From: Candidatus Latescibacterota bacterium
Lineage (GTDB): Bacteria > Latescibacterota > UBA2968
Reading direction: 5' to 3'
DNA: 64,000 nucleotides
NCBI GenBank assembly: GCA_965204745.1
Contig: OZ242010.1
Span: forward strand, 2,720,001 to 2,784,000
The notes under the pieces were generated by a model. That model did no database searches and was not told the origin of the DNA. It saw nothing but the letters and a program-made list of their open reading frames with translations. How positions within the stretch are numbered: position 1 is the first letter of the stretch; the number at the start of each line of letters is the position of its first letter. Positions 40,157 through 47,896 of the stretch are shown piece after piece. A program made the position numbers and the translations under genes.

Positions 40157-41151
40157 TGCGGTTTGCCAATCCCGAATGGTTGTTGCTCTCGCTGTTGATT
40201 CCGGTGCTCATCTACCGCTACATCGGGCGCGGAAAACGCAAGTCCGGGCGCATCCGGTTTTCCGACACGCGCATTTTTCGGCGGATCGGCCCGTCCCTGT
40301 CCCTGCGATTGCGGCACAGTTTGATCGCGTTGCGTTGCGTCGCGCTACTTTTGCTCATCGCGGCGATGGCGCGGCCCCAGTCCGGGCGCGAGGGCCGCGA
40401 GATTTTGAGCCGAGGAATCGATATCGCGCTCGCCATCGATGTGTCGAGCAGCATGGAGGCCAAGGATTTGGCAAACCAACGCAAGACGCGCTTGGAGGTG
40501 TGCAAAGAGGTGGTGGCCCAATTTGCACAGGGCCGCACTCACGACCGCTTGGGGCTTGTGGTCTTTGCCGCAGAAGCCTATACGCAATGCCCGCTCACCT
40601 TGGATTACGGGGTGTTTTTGAGTTTTCTCGATGGCGTGGAGATCGCCGGGAAGGACTGGGATGGCACCGCGATTGGGCTGGGGATCGCCACCGCCGTGAA
40701 TCGGCTGCGCGACTCAGAGGCCAAGAGCAAGGTGATCATTTTGCTGACCGATGGGAAGAACAACCGCGGCGAGATCGATCCGATGACCGCGGCGCGCGCC
40801 GCAGAGGCGATAGGCATTCGCATTTACGCCATTGGCGCGGGCAGCGAGGGGACGATTATGCAAGAGGTGGATGGGATTTTCGGCAAGCGCTATGTGCCGG
40901 TGAAAGTGGAGATCGACGAGGAGACCCTCAAAAAAGTGGCGGATGCAACGGGCGGAAAGTATTTCAGGGCGACGACCGAGGAAAAGTTAGAGGAGATTTA
41001 CGCGGAGATCGGGGAGATGGAAAAGACCGAGATCAAGATGCGCGAGTACGTGGATTACCGCGAATTGTTTCCCAAATTTCTCTACCCCGGCTTGGCGTTG
41101 CTGTCATTGGAACTCGTGCTGGGCAATACGCGGTTTCGGCGGTTGCCGTAG
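40153..41151 (+). CDS. batA: BatA von Willebrand factor A protein
   Basis: RFANP, ARPQ, MIDAS DVSSSM, PLTLD, GTAIG, LTDG.NN.G, TGGKYFRA. Confidence 0.88.
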   Translation: MMRFANPEWLLLSLLIPVLIYRYIGRGKRKSGRIRFSDTRIFRRIGPSLSLRLRHSLIALRCVALLLLIAAMARPQSGREGREILSRGIDIALAIDVSSSMEAKDLANQRKTRLEVCKEVVAQFAQGRTHDRLGLVVFAAEAYTQCPLTLDYGVFLSFLDGVEIAGKDWDGTAIGLGIATAVNRLRDSEAKSKVIILLTDGKNNRGEIDPMTAARAAEAIGIRIYAIGAGSEGTIMQEVDGIFGKRYVPVKVEIDEETLKKVADATGGKYFRATTEEKLEEIYAEIGEMEKTEIKMREYVDYRELFPKFLYPGLALLSLELVLGNTRFRRLP

Positions 41152-41160
41152 GGGGAAAGG

Positions 41161-41276
41161 CAGTTGTCAGTTGTCAGTTGTCAGTTGTCAGTTGTCAGTT
41201 GTCAGTTGTCAGTTGTCAGTTGTCAGTTGTCAGTTGTCAGTTGTCAGTTGTCAGTTGTCAGTTGTCAGTCCCCGCC
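41161..41276 (+). repeat. (CAGTTGT)15 heptamer array followed by CCCCGCC anchor
   Basis: Direct reading, 10 bp after the batA stop. Confidence 0.97.
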
Positions 41277-41465
41277 TTTCCACCCCAAGGCAATGTATGT
41301 GCTGGCCGATTGTTTTGCTGACTGCTTAAGATACAAGTGCGATTTTAGCCACAAAAAGCACGAGCGGGGTACAACTGGCGACAGCCAGTTCAAAGACACA
41401 AAAGGTAAGCTATATGTGTAGGGGCGGTGCCCCTGTGCTCGTCCGAAGATATAAGAGGCGAAGAG

Positions 41466-41711
41466 ATGCGATTTGGCGATCTACAGGCGTTTTATTTTTT
41501 GATCGGGGTGCCGGTGTTCGCGCTGTTTTACTGGTGGGCGTTTTGGCGCAAGCGGAAGGCATTGCACGCATTTGGCGCGCCCGCGTTGATGGACAAACTC
41601 GCGTCGGGCGTGAGCCGGGTTCGGCAGGGGATCAAGGCCGCGCTGATGTGCGTGGGGGCTTTAATTCAAGGGGGTTTGCGTGGCTTTTGCACGGGAAGAA
41701 ATCGCATCTGA
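41466..41711 (+). pseudogene. Truncated BatB-like gene (N-terminal about 65 codons only)
   Basis: MRFGDLQAFYFLIGVP...WRKRKALHAFG...VSRVRQGIKAAL resembles a BatB N-terminus; the vWA domain is missing. Confidence 0.65.
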
Positions 41712-43626
41712 AAATGCCCGACCCGCGGTGACGGTTCGCGCGCTCGCATTGGGCGCGGTTCTCACGGTGATGGCGACGGTTGCCGGGTCGTACGCGCGCT
41801 TTATTTTGCACACGACGCGGCTGGATCAGAACCATCTCTCGGTCGCCGCGGTATTTCCCATTGTGCTCATCGCGCTGTTGCTCATGCGCCCGCTCAAATT
41901 GAGCAGGGGTGAACTGATCGTCATGTTCACGATGGCATTGATCGGCGCGACCATGCCCACGTATTTCATCGGGAAATTGATCGCCAACTTCACCGTGCCC
42001 TATTATCTCGCAACGCCCGAGAATCAATGGGCCACCTATTACGAACCCTATTTGCCCGAGTGGTCTGTCCTGCCTGCGGGCGAACCCCTGCGCTGGTTTT
42101 TTGAAGGGTTGCCGCGCGGGGTTTCCGTGCCGTGGGACGTGTGGATCGTGCCCGTGTTCTGGTGGATGACCGTGATCGCGGCCTTTTACGGCTGTTGTCT
42201 TTTTTTGATGGTCATTTTGCGGAAGCAGTGGATCGAGCACGAGCGCATCGACTATCCCCTGATGGAAATGCCGCTGGCCGTGATGGAAAAGGATGACCGA
42301 CAGGGCTTTTTTGCCATTCCCATCGTGAACAACCCCTTGTTCTGGGCCGGGTTCTGCCTCACGTTGTGCATCATCCTCTGGAATGTCATTTCCTATTTTA
42401 ATCCCACCTTCCCGACAATCCCCTGGCGTTTTGGAGATATTAAGTTCGGGCGCGAATTTCCCGCCATTCCCTTGCGCCTATACCTCATGGTTGTGGGCTT
42501 TGGCTATTTCATCAATCTGGATATTTCGTTGAGCCTGTGGGTGTTCAATGTGCTGACCAATTTGGAAAATGGCTTTTTTAACCGCTTTGGCCTCAAGGCC
42601 GGCGCAGATGAGGAGTATTCCACCGGGCCGCTGGCCATGGGCGCGCAAGCTATGGGCGCGTTCATCGCCGTGGTGCTCGTCGGATTTTGGATGGCGCGTG
42701 GGCACTTGCGAGACGTGTGGCGCAAGGCGTTTTACCGCGATGAATCGGTCGACGATTCCGGCGAGATCGTGTCCTATCGCACCGCGGTTTTTGGGCTTAT
42801 CGCCTGTTCGACATACCTGTTCGTCTGGCATTTGGCGACGGGCATGGCGTTTAAGTACATCCCGATTTTTCTGTTCGGCGCGCTGGTGATGTACCTCGGG
42901 ATCACGCGGGTGATCGCCGAGACCGGCCTGATCTCCATTCGCGCGCCCCTCATGCCGCAGCCGTTCGCCATGTTCGCCATGGGATCAGACGTGCTCTCGC
43001 AACAAACGCAGGTTTCTATCGCGCTTTCGTATTCGTGGTGCAGCGACACAAAAACCACCATCATGCCCGCGCTCGCCCATTCCGTGAAACTCTACGACAC
43101 CATCCGCGTCAACCAACGGCGGTTGATCCTCCCTATCGCGCTGGCCATGGGCGCGGGGGTATTGGCGACATTTGTCTATACGATTTACATGGGCTATTTG
43201 AATGGCGCGGCAAATTACGGCGGGATTTTTCACGGGGGCCTCGCGCGCTTTCCCTGGGATAATCTGGTCAAAAAATCAAAAGCCCCCTTTTCCGTGCAGT
43301 GGTTGCCCATGATGTATATGGGCATCGGCGTGGTCGTGACGCTGCTTTTTATGCTCTTGCGCTACCGGGTTTCGTGGTGGCCGCTCCACCCGATTGGGTT
43401 TGCGGCAGGGCCGGTATATCCGGTGCGGAACGTCATTTTTGCCATTTTTTTGGCGTGGGCGGTCAAGTCTATCGTGTTGCGAATCGGCGGCATTCGCGCC
43501 TATCGCACGGGTCGGCCCTTTTTCATCGGCCTCATCATGGGGCATTTTGTCGGTGCTGGTATTTCGTTTGTCGTGGATATGATTTGGTTCCCCGGGCAGG
43601 GGCACAGCATTCCATTTTCGGATTAG
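41680..43626 (+). CDS. Large polytopic membrane protein (DUF6785/OPT-like putative transporter)
   Basis: Many TM segments; RKQWIEHERIDYPL, RVIAETG, WWPLHPIG, RPFFIGLI.G. Confidence 0.65.
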   Translation: MAFAREEIASENARPAVTVRALALGAVLTVMATVAGSYARFILHTTRLDQNHLSVAAVFPIVLIALLLMRPLKLSRGELIVMFTMALIGATMPTYFIGKLIANFTVPYYLATPENQWATYYEPYLPEWSVLPAGEPLRWFFEGLPRGVSVPWDVWIVPVFWWMTVIAAFYGCCLFLMVILRKQWIEHERIDYPLMEMPLAVMEKDDRQGFFAIPIVNNPLFWAGFCLTLCIILWNVISYFNPTFPTIPWRFGDIKFGREFPAIPLRLYLMVVGFGYFINLDISLSLWVFNVLTNLENGFFNRFGLKAGADEEYSTGPLAMGAQAMGAFIAVVLVGFWMARGHLRDVWRKAFYRDESVDDSGEIVSYRTAVFGLIACSTYLFVWHLATGMAFKYIPIFLFGALVMYLGITRVIAETGLISIRAPLMPQPFAMFAMGSDVLSQQTQVSIALSYSWCSDTKTTIMPALAHSVKLYDTIRVNQRRLILPIALAMGAGVLATFVYTIYMGYLNGAANYGGIFHGGLARFPWDNLVKKSKAPFSVQWLPMMYMGIGVVVTLLFMLLRYRVSWWPLHPIGFAAGPVYPVRNVIFAIFLAWAVKSIVLRIGGIRAYRTGRPFFIGLIMGHFVGAGISFVVDMIWFPGQGHSIPFSD

Positions 43627-43637
43627 AGGAGCATGTC

Positions 43638-44729
43638 ATGAAAATCACGGGTATTGAACTCGACGCGGTACACGTCAACCACCGCGGGGACTGGGTGTTT
43701 GTGCATGTGCTCACAGACGCGGGCATTCGCGGCTTGGGCGAGATGCGCTCGGGCAACAAATACGCGGCGCAACTGTCGGCTTTGCGCGACCTCGGCGAAG
43801 CCGTTACAGGACGCGATCCCAGACACATCGAAGCCATCGCATCGCACTACACGCGCACGACGCGCACCAAGGCCGAGTTGTACGCGCTCAGTGCATTGGA
43901 ACAAGCCCTGTGGGATATTTTGGGCAAGTCCCTCAACGCGCCTGTCCACGCGCTGTTGGGCGGGCCGTGCCGAGACGAAATTCGCCTGTACGCCAATATC
44001 AACCGGGCGACGACAGACCGCTCGCCCCGTGGCTTCGCCAAAAATGCCGAAGCAGCGGTGGCACAGGGATTCGACGCGGTCAAACTGGCCCCGTTCGACG
44101 GCATCCCCCTGGCCGACACGGCCCGTGACGCGGGCAAGGGCATCGCCTGCATGCGGGCCGTGCGGGATGCGATTGGCCCGGACATCGATTTGCTCGTGGA
44201 TTGCCACAACCGGTTCACGGCGCGCGGCGCGGTCGAGGTCGCCGATGAATTGCGCGATCTCGATCTCTTTTGGTTTGAGCAACCCACGTCCGAAAAGAGC
44301 CTTGGGAATTGTCTCGCGGTCAAAGACCAGTGTGGGTTGACCATTGCGGGAGGCGAACAGCGCGGCCTGCGCGAGGAGTGGGTCGAGGTGGTGGAAAATC
44401 GCAGTATGGATATTCCCATGCCCGATGTGACGGTCGTGGGGGGCATCGGCGAACTGAAAAAAATCGGGGATATGCTCCACGCCTGGGGCCTGCCCACCGC
44501 GCCACACGGCCCCTTTGGCCCGGTGGTGATCGCGGCGGGCGTGCATGCGATGGCGCCTTTGCCGGGGTTCCTCATTTTGGAATACGGCTGGGGCGAGGTG
44601 CCGTGGCGAAAGGACTTGACCCTTCCATCAGAGGAGATCGTCAATGGCCGCATTCGCATCGACAACCGCCCGGGCCTCGGCATCGAACTGAATGCCGAGA
44701 TGGTCGAAAAACACAGGGTTGATGTTTAA
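43638..44729 (+). CDS. Enolase-superfamily dehydratase (galactonate dehydratase-like)
   Basis: EQALWDI.GK, YANINR, VDCH, WFEQP, GGE, PHGP. Confidence 0.85.
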   Translation: MKITGIELDAVHVNHRGDWVFVHVLTDAGIRGLGEMRSGNKYAAQLSALRDLGEAVTGRDPRHIEAIASHYTRTTRTKAELYALSALEQALWDILGKSLNAPVHALLGGPCRDEIRLYANINRATTDRSPRGFAKNAEAAVAQGFDAVKLAPFDGIPLADTARDAGKGIACMRAVRDAIGPDIDLLVDCHNRFTARGAVEVADELRDLDLFWFEQPTSEKSLGNCLAVKDQCGLTIAGGEQRGLREEWVEVVENRSMDIPMPDVTVVGGIGELKKIGDMLHAWGLPTAPHGPFGPVVIAAGVHAMAPLPGFLILEYGWGEVPWRKDLTLPSEEIVNGRIRIDNRPGLGIELNAEMVEKHRVDV

Positions 44730-44815
44730 TTGGTCAATCCAAGTAAGAGGCGAGAAGTAAGAGGCGAGACCGGCCCACCGCCCTACCGCAAGTTGTCAGT
44801 TGTCAGTCCCCTCAC

Positions 44816-44922
44816 CGCCCCGCCGTGTCTGAATCGCGGATTAAACGGATTACGCAGATTGCGCGGATTACCACACCGCCCTACCGCAGGACCTATCCCC
44901 AAGTAAGAGGCGAGACCGGAGA
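44816..44922 (+). repeat. Dispersed repeat of about 110 bp containing CGGATTNNN nonamers (inverted copy about 51565-51678, partial copy about 62407-62451)
   Basis: Shared GTGTCTGAATCGCGGATTAAACGGATT...CCTATCCCCAAGTAAGAGGC. Confidence 0.8.
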
Positions 44923-44998
44923 GGGAAGAGGTGAGAAGGCCCCCCGACCACCCCAAAATGCGAGGGGAACTCACCGGTTATTTGAACTAGGAGCGGGT

Positions 44999-45877
44999 AT
45001 GGAGAATGGATTTTTTATAGGGCATGGGTTGGGGAACGATTATATCGTGATGGATCCCAAGGACCTGACGTTTGAATTGACGCCGGAGCGCGTTGCGCGG
45101 ATTTGTGACCGCAACTGGGGTGTTGGGAGCGATGGCATCTTGACATTGGAAGACGCGCAAACCGCGGACTTTGGGTTGCGGATCTGGAATCCGGATGGCA
45201 GCGAGGCCGAGAAGTCCGGCAATGGGTTGCGGATTTTTGCGCGGTACTTGTACGCCACGCGCCAAACGCGCCAAACCGCATTCTCGGTTGATACCCCGGG
45301 CGGGTTGGTTCGCATTGCGTTGCACATCGACGCCTGGGGCGATGCCAGCGCGGCGACTGTGGAGATGGGGCAGGCGACTTTTGCCCCCGCGGCATTGCCC
45401 TGTTCGCTCGACGTGGAAGAACTCGTGGAATGCCCGATTACCGCCGCGGGCGAAGACGTGGTTTTTACCGGGGTGAGCGTGGGCAATCCGCACTGCGTGG
45501 TGTTTGAGCGCGAGGGCCAAGGGTGGACGCGAGACGACCTCACGCGCTTGGGCCCCGCGTTGGAAACGCACGCGATCTTTCCCCGGCGAACCAACGTGCA
45601 GTTGGCCGTGCCCACTGGGGACAACGAGATTTTCATCTTGATTTGGGAACGCGGCGCGGGCGAAACGCAGGCGTCGGGGTCCTCGTCTTGCGCGGCGGCG
45701 AGCGCGGCGGTGCGGTTGGGATTGGTCGCGTCGCCCGTGACGGTCAATGCCCCCGGCGGCGCGTTGGAGATCGATGTGGATGACGCATTTCACCTGACGA
45801 TGGCAGGCCCCGTGGCCGAGGTCGCACGCGGTAGCCTGAGTCCGTCATTTGTGCGCGAGCTCGGCGCGTTGCCCTGA
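44999..45877 (+). CDS. dapF: Diaminopimelate epimerase-family protein (Ser/Ser active site)
   Basis: HGLGNDY, GVGSDG, NPDGSEAEKSGNGLR, VGNPH, TNV, WERGAGETQASGS. Confidence 0.8.
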   Translation: MENGFFIGHGLGNDYIVMDPKDLTFELTPERVARICDRNWGVGSDGILTLEDAQTADFGLRIWNPDGSEAEKSGNGLRIFARYLYATRQTRQTAFSVDTPGGLVRIALHIDAWGDASAATVEMGQATFAPAALPCSLDVEELVECPITAAGEDVVFTGVSVGNPHCVVFEREGQGWTRDDLTRLGPALETHAIFPRRTNVQLAVPTGDNEIFILIWERGAGETQASGSSSCAAASAAVRLGLVASPVTVNAPGGALEIDVDDAFHLTMAGPVAEVARGSLSPSFVRELGALP

Positions 45878-45900
45878 CTCGTTTGCGAAAGGAAGAGACC

Positions 45901-46659
45901 ATGGCTTTGGATGCAATGGTCGAGAGGTACGAGGCGCAGGGGTTTTTGACGCAGGTCGATGTGTTTTCAGAACGCGAGATTGGGCGATTTCGCATGTCCT
46001 TTGACGCATTGGAAGCGCGAGAGGGCAAAGAGAAATGCCAGATCGGTTTGCAGGGGCGGCATTTTGACGAGGCGTTCATCTGGCAACTGGCGACCGATGC
46101 GCGCATCTTGGACGTGATGCAAGCCGTGATGGGCGAGGACGTGATGCTGTTGTCAACCCATTTTTTTTGCAAATATCCGGATCCAGGAGCGAAGAAATTC
46201 GTCGCGTGGCACCAAGACATCGCGTATTGGGGCCTCGAACCGCCTATCGCGCACACGGCTTGGATAGCGATTGACGACGCGGACGTGGAAAACGGGTGCA
46301 TGCGCTTCATCCCCGGATCGCACAGAAATGGGATTGCAACGCACGGCACATCCATGCGCGAAGGCAATTTGTTGAGCATCAACCAAGAGATCCCCGATGA
46401 ATACGTGGATGACAGCGCGGCGGTCGATATCACACTCAAAGCCGGGCAAATGTCCGTCCACCACGGGCAGTTGTTTCACGCGAGCAATCCCAATCGCTCG
46501 ACCCGGCGGCGATGCGGCCTGACGGTTCGGTTCATTCCCCCGCAGGTCGAGCAAACCACGCTCAACTCGCACAAACAGACGTGGCAACCCATTGTCTTGC
46601 GCGGCGAAGATCGCTTTGGGCATTTTCCAAAGGTGGAGAGGCCGTTTTCGATAAAGTAG
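45901..46659 (+). CDS. Phytanoyl-CoA dioxygenase (PhyH) family Fe/2OG enzyme
   Basis: WHQD, NGCMRFIPGSH, HASNPN, RR. Confidence 0.9.
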   Translation: MALDAMVERYEAQGFLTQVDVFSEREIGRFRMSFDALEAREGKEKCQIGLQGRHFDEAFIWQLATDARILDVMQAVMGEDVMLLSTHFFCKYPDPGAKKFVAWHQDIAYWGLEPPIAHTAWIAIDDADVENGCMRFIPGSHRNGIATHGTSMREGNLLSINQEIPDEYVDDSAAVDITLKAGQMSVHHGQLFHASNPNRSTRRRCGLTVRFIPPQVEQTTLNSHKQTWQPIVLRGEDRFGHFPKVERPFSIK

Positions 46660-46666
46660 TCAGTGG

Positions 46667-47161
46667 TCAGCGGCTGGAGCTAAGCAAAGCGAGGCACACA
46701 TTGATTAGGGCTAGCTTAACGATGACCAAGGCAAACAATATGTCATTGTGACCCCAGTACAGTAGTGCCAACAGCACAACCGCATAACACACGAACAGAA
46801 TGCCGAAGAAGCGCTCCAGCACCTCCTCCCCATCCAAACACATAAATATGCCGAATAACGCACTGATCAGGGCTACCCCAAAGATGGCCACGGCAAACAA
46901 CATGTCATTGTGACCGATCAATTTCACATCCACCCCACCCATCAGCACGCTCACCACGGCAAACAACATGTCATTGTGACCCCAGTACAGGTACAGTAGT
47001 GCCAACAGCACAACCGCATTGACCCATAACAGAATGCCGAAGAAGCGTTCCAGCACAGACACCTCCTTTCCATACCATGCCTCTTTCAAAAAACCCACCA
47101 GCAGATTTGACAACACCGCTATCCCCACCTTCCGCAAAAGCCACCCCAACAACGGCACCAT
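46667..47161 (-). CDS. Small hydrophobic membrane protein with internal duplications
   Basis: VLERFFGIL..AVVLLALLY twice and GHND(M/I)LFA three times; RBS supplied by the upstream repeat. Confidence 0.5.
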   Translation of the reverse strand: MVPLLGWLLRKVGIAVLSNLLVGFLKEAWYGKEVSVLERFFGILLWVNAVVLLALLYLYWGHNDMLFAVVSVLMGGVDVKLIGHNDMLFAVAIFGVALISALFGIFMCLDGEEVLERFFGILFVCYAVVLLALLYWGHNDILFALVIVKLALINVCLALLSSSR

Positions 47162-47173
47162 AATTTTCCCCTT

Positions 47174-47380
47174 TCAAAAATGATGGCGTTTTAACATAGG
47201 CACGCCATCAAAGCCATTTAAGATTTTTATTTCAGCACCGCGATTTCTTTTTGTCCCCGCAACGCGATGGTTGTAATGTCGCAGTCTCGTCTGACCTTCC
47301 TTCGTCACACTCCCAACACAAGTTTCCCTCTCACGCGAATAAGTTTCCAAACGCTTTTGCAAGCGTTCTTTTTTTTCCAT
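47174..47380 (-). CDS. Small basic hypothetical ORF (possibly decayed)
   Basis: ORF track; lies downstream of the repeat-borne RBS GAAAGGAGAGG; true frame uncertain. Confidence 0.3.
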   Translation of the reverse strand: MEKKERLQKRLETYSRERETCVGSVTKEGQTRLRHYNHRVAGTKRNRGAEIKILNGFDGVPMLKRHHF

Positions 47381-47507
47381 CGAGACTTATGTGCCATTCT
47401 CCTCTCCTTTCAAAAATGATGGCGTTTTGAACAGGCACGCCCTTGGGTCTCGGATACGCGACGTGGACTTGAATACGGAACGGCTATATAATACCGCCCG
47501 TTATGAC

Positions 47508-47618
47508 TTACAAAGCGCCGGCATTGCCAAATTTGTATCTCAATTCGTTTAGTTTTTTGGTGTCTTCATCGGTGAGATAGACCATCAACCGATTTTTCTT
47601 TTTTTTGTTGCCTTCCAT
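47508..47618 (-). CDS. 36-aa ribbon-helix-helix (CopG-like) peptide
   Basis: MEGNKKKKNRLMVYLTDEDTKKLNELRYKFGNAGAL; RBS GAAAGGG; beta-strand then helix pattern. Confidence 0.4.
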   Translation of the reverse strand: MEGNKKKKNRLMVYLTDEDTKKLNELRYKFGNAGAL

Positions 47619-47654
47619 GAAATGACACCCCTTTCTGTTTCAATCGTTTCAAAA

Positions 47655-47807
47655 CAAGCGGATCAGAGTTCACGACAGAACAGTGCGTAACCTATCGCTC
47701 GTTGCGTAACTGTCCTGGAAATAGAGGTAGTAGCGCCCACCGCAACGTGTGGAGATGTTACCTTTGCTACTCGGTGAATCTTTTCGCCTAATCCCCTGAT
47801 CCGCTTG
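47655..47807 (-). ncRNA. Candidate structured RNA (unassigned family)
   Basis: Perfect 12-bp closing inverted repeat with nested internal stems; one G-U pair works only on the minus strand. Confidence 0.45.
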
Positions 47808-47896
47808 CAAGTCCAACCTTAATGATGGCGTTTTGAACAGGCACGCCCTACAAGTCTAAGCAAAATTTACTTGTGTTTTTTACTGCATTGCGTTTA

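Larger units (their letters stand above)
47171..47848 (-). repeat. Three copies of a 28-36 bp hairpin repeat (47171-47206, 47407-47442, 47821-47848)
   Basis: Minus-strand consensus GGGCGTGCCTGTTCAAAACGCCATCATT(TTTGAAAG). Confidence 0.9.

Noticed and set aside
47655-47807. Retron msr-msd
   Set aside because: The terminal inverted repeat fits, but no reverse transcriptase is adjacent or anywhere in the window; kept only as an unassigned RNA.
47171-47848. CRISPR array (36-bp hairpin repeat ending TTGAAAG; ATTGAAAC-like sequence near 47636-47643)
   Set aside because: Only three copies, about 200 and 380 bp apart with ORFs between them, and no cas genes in the window.
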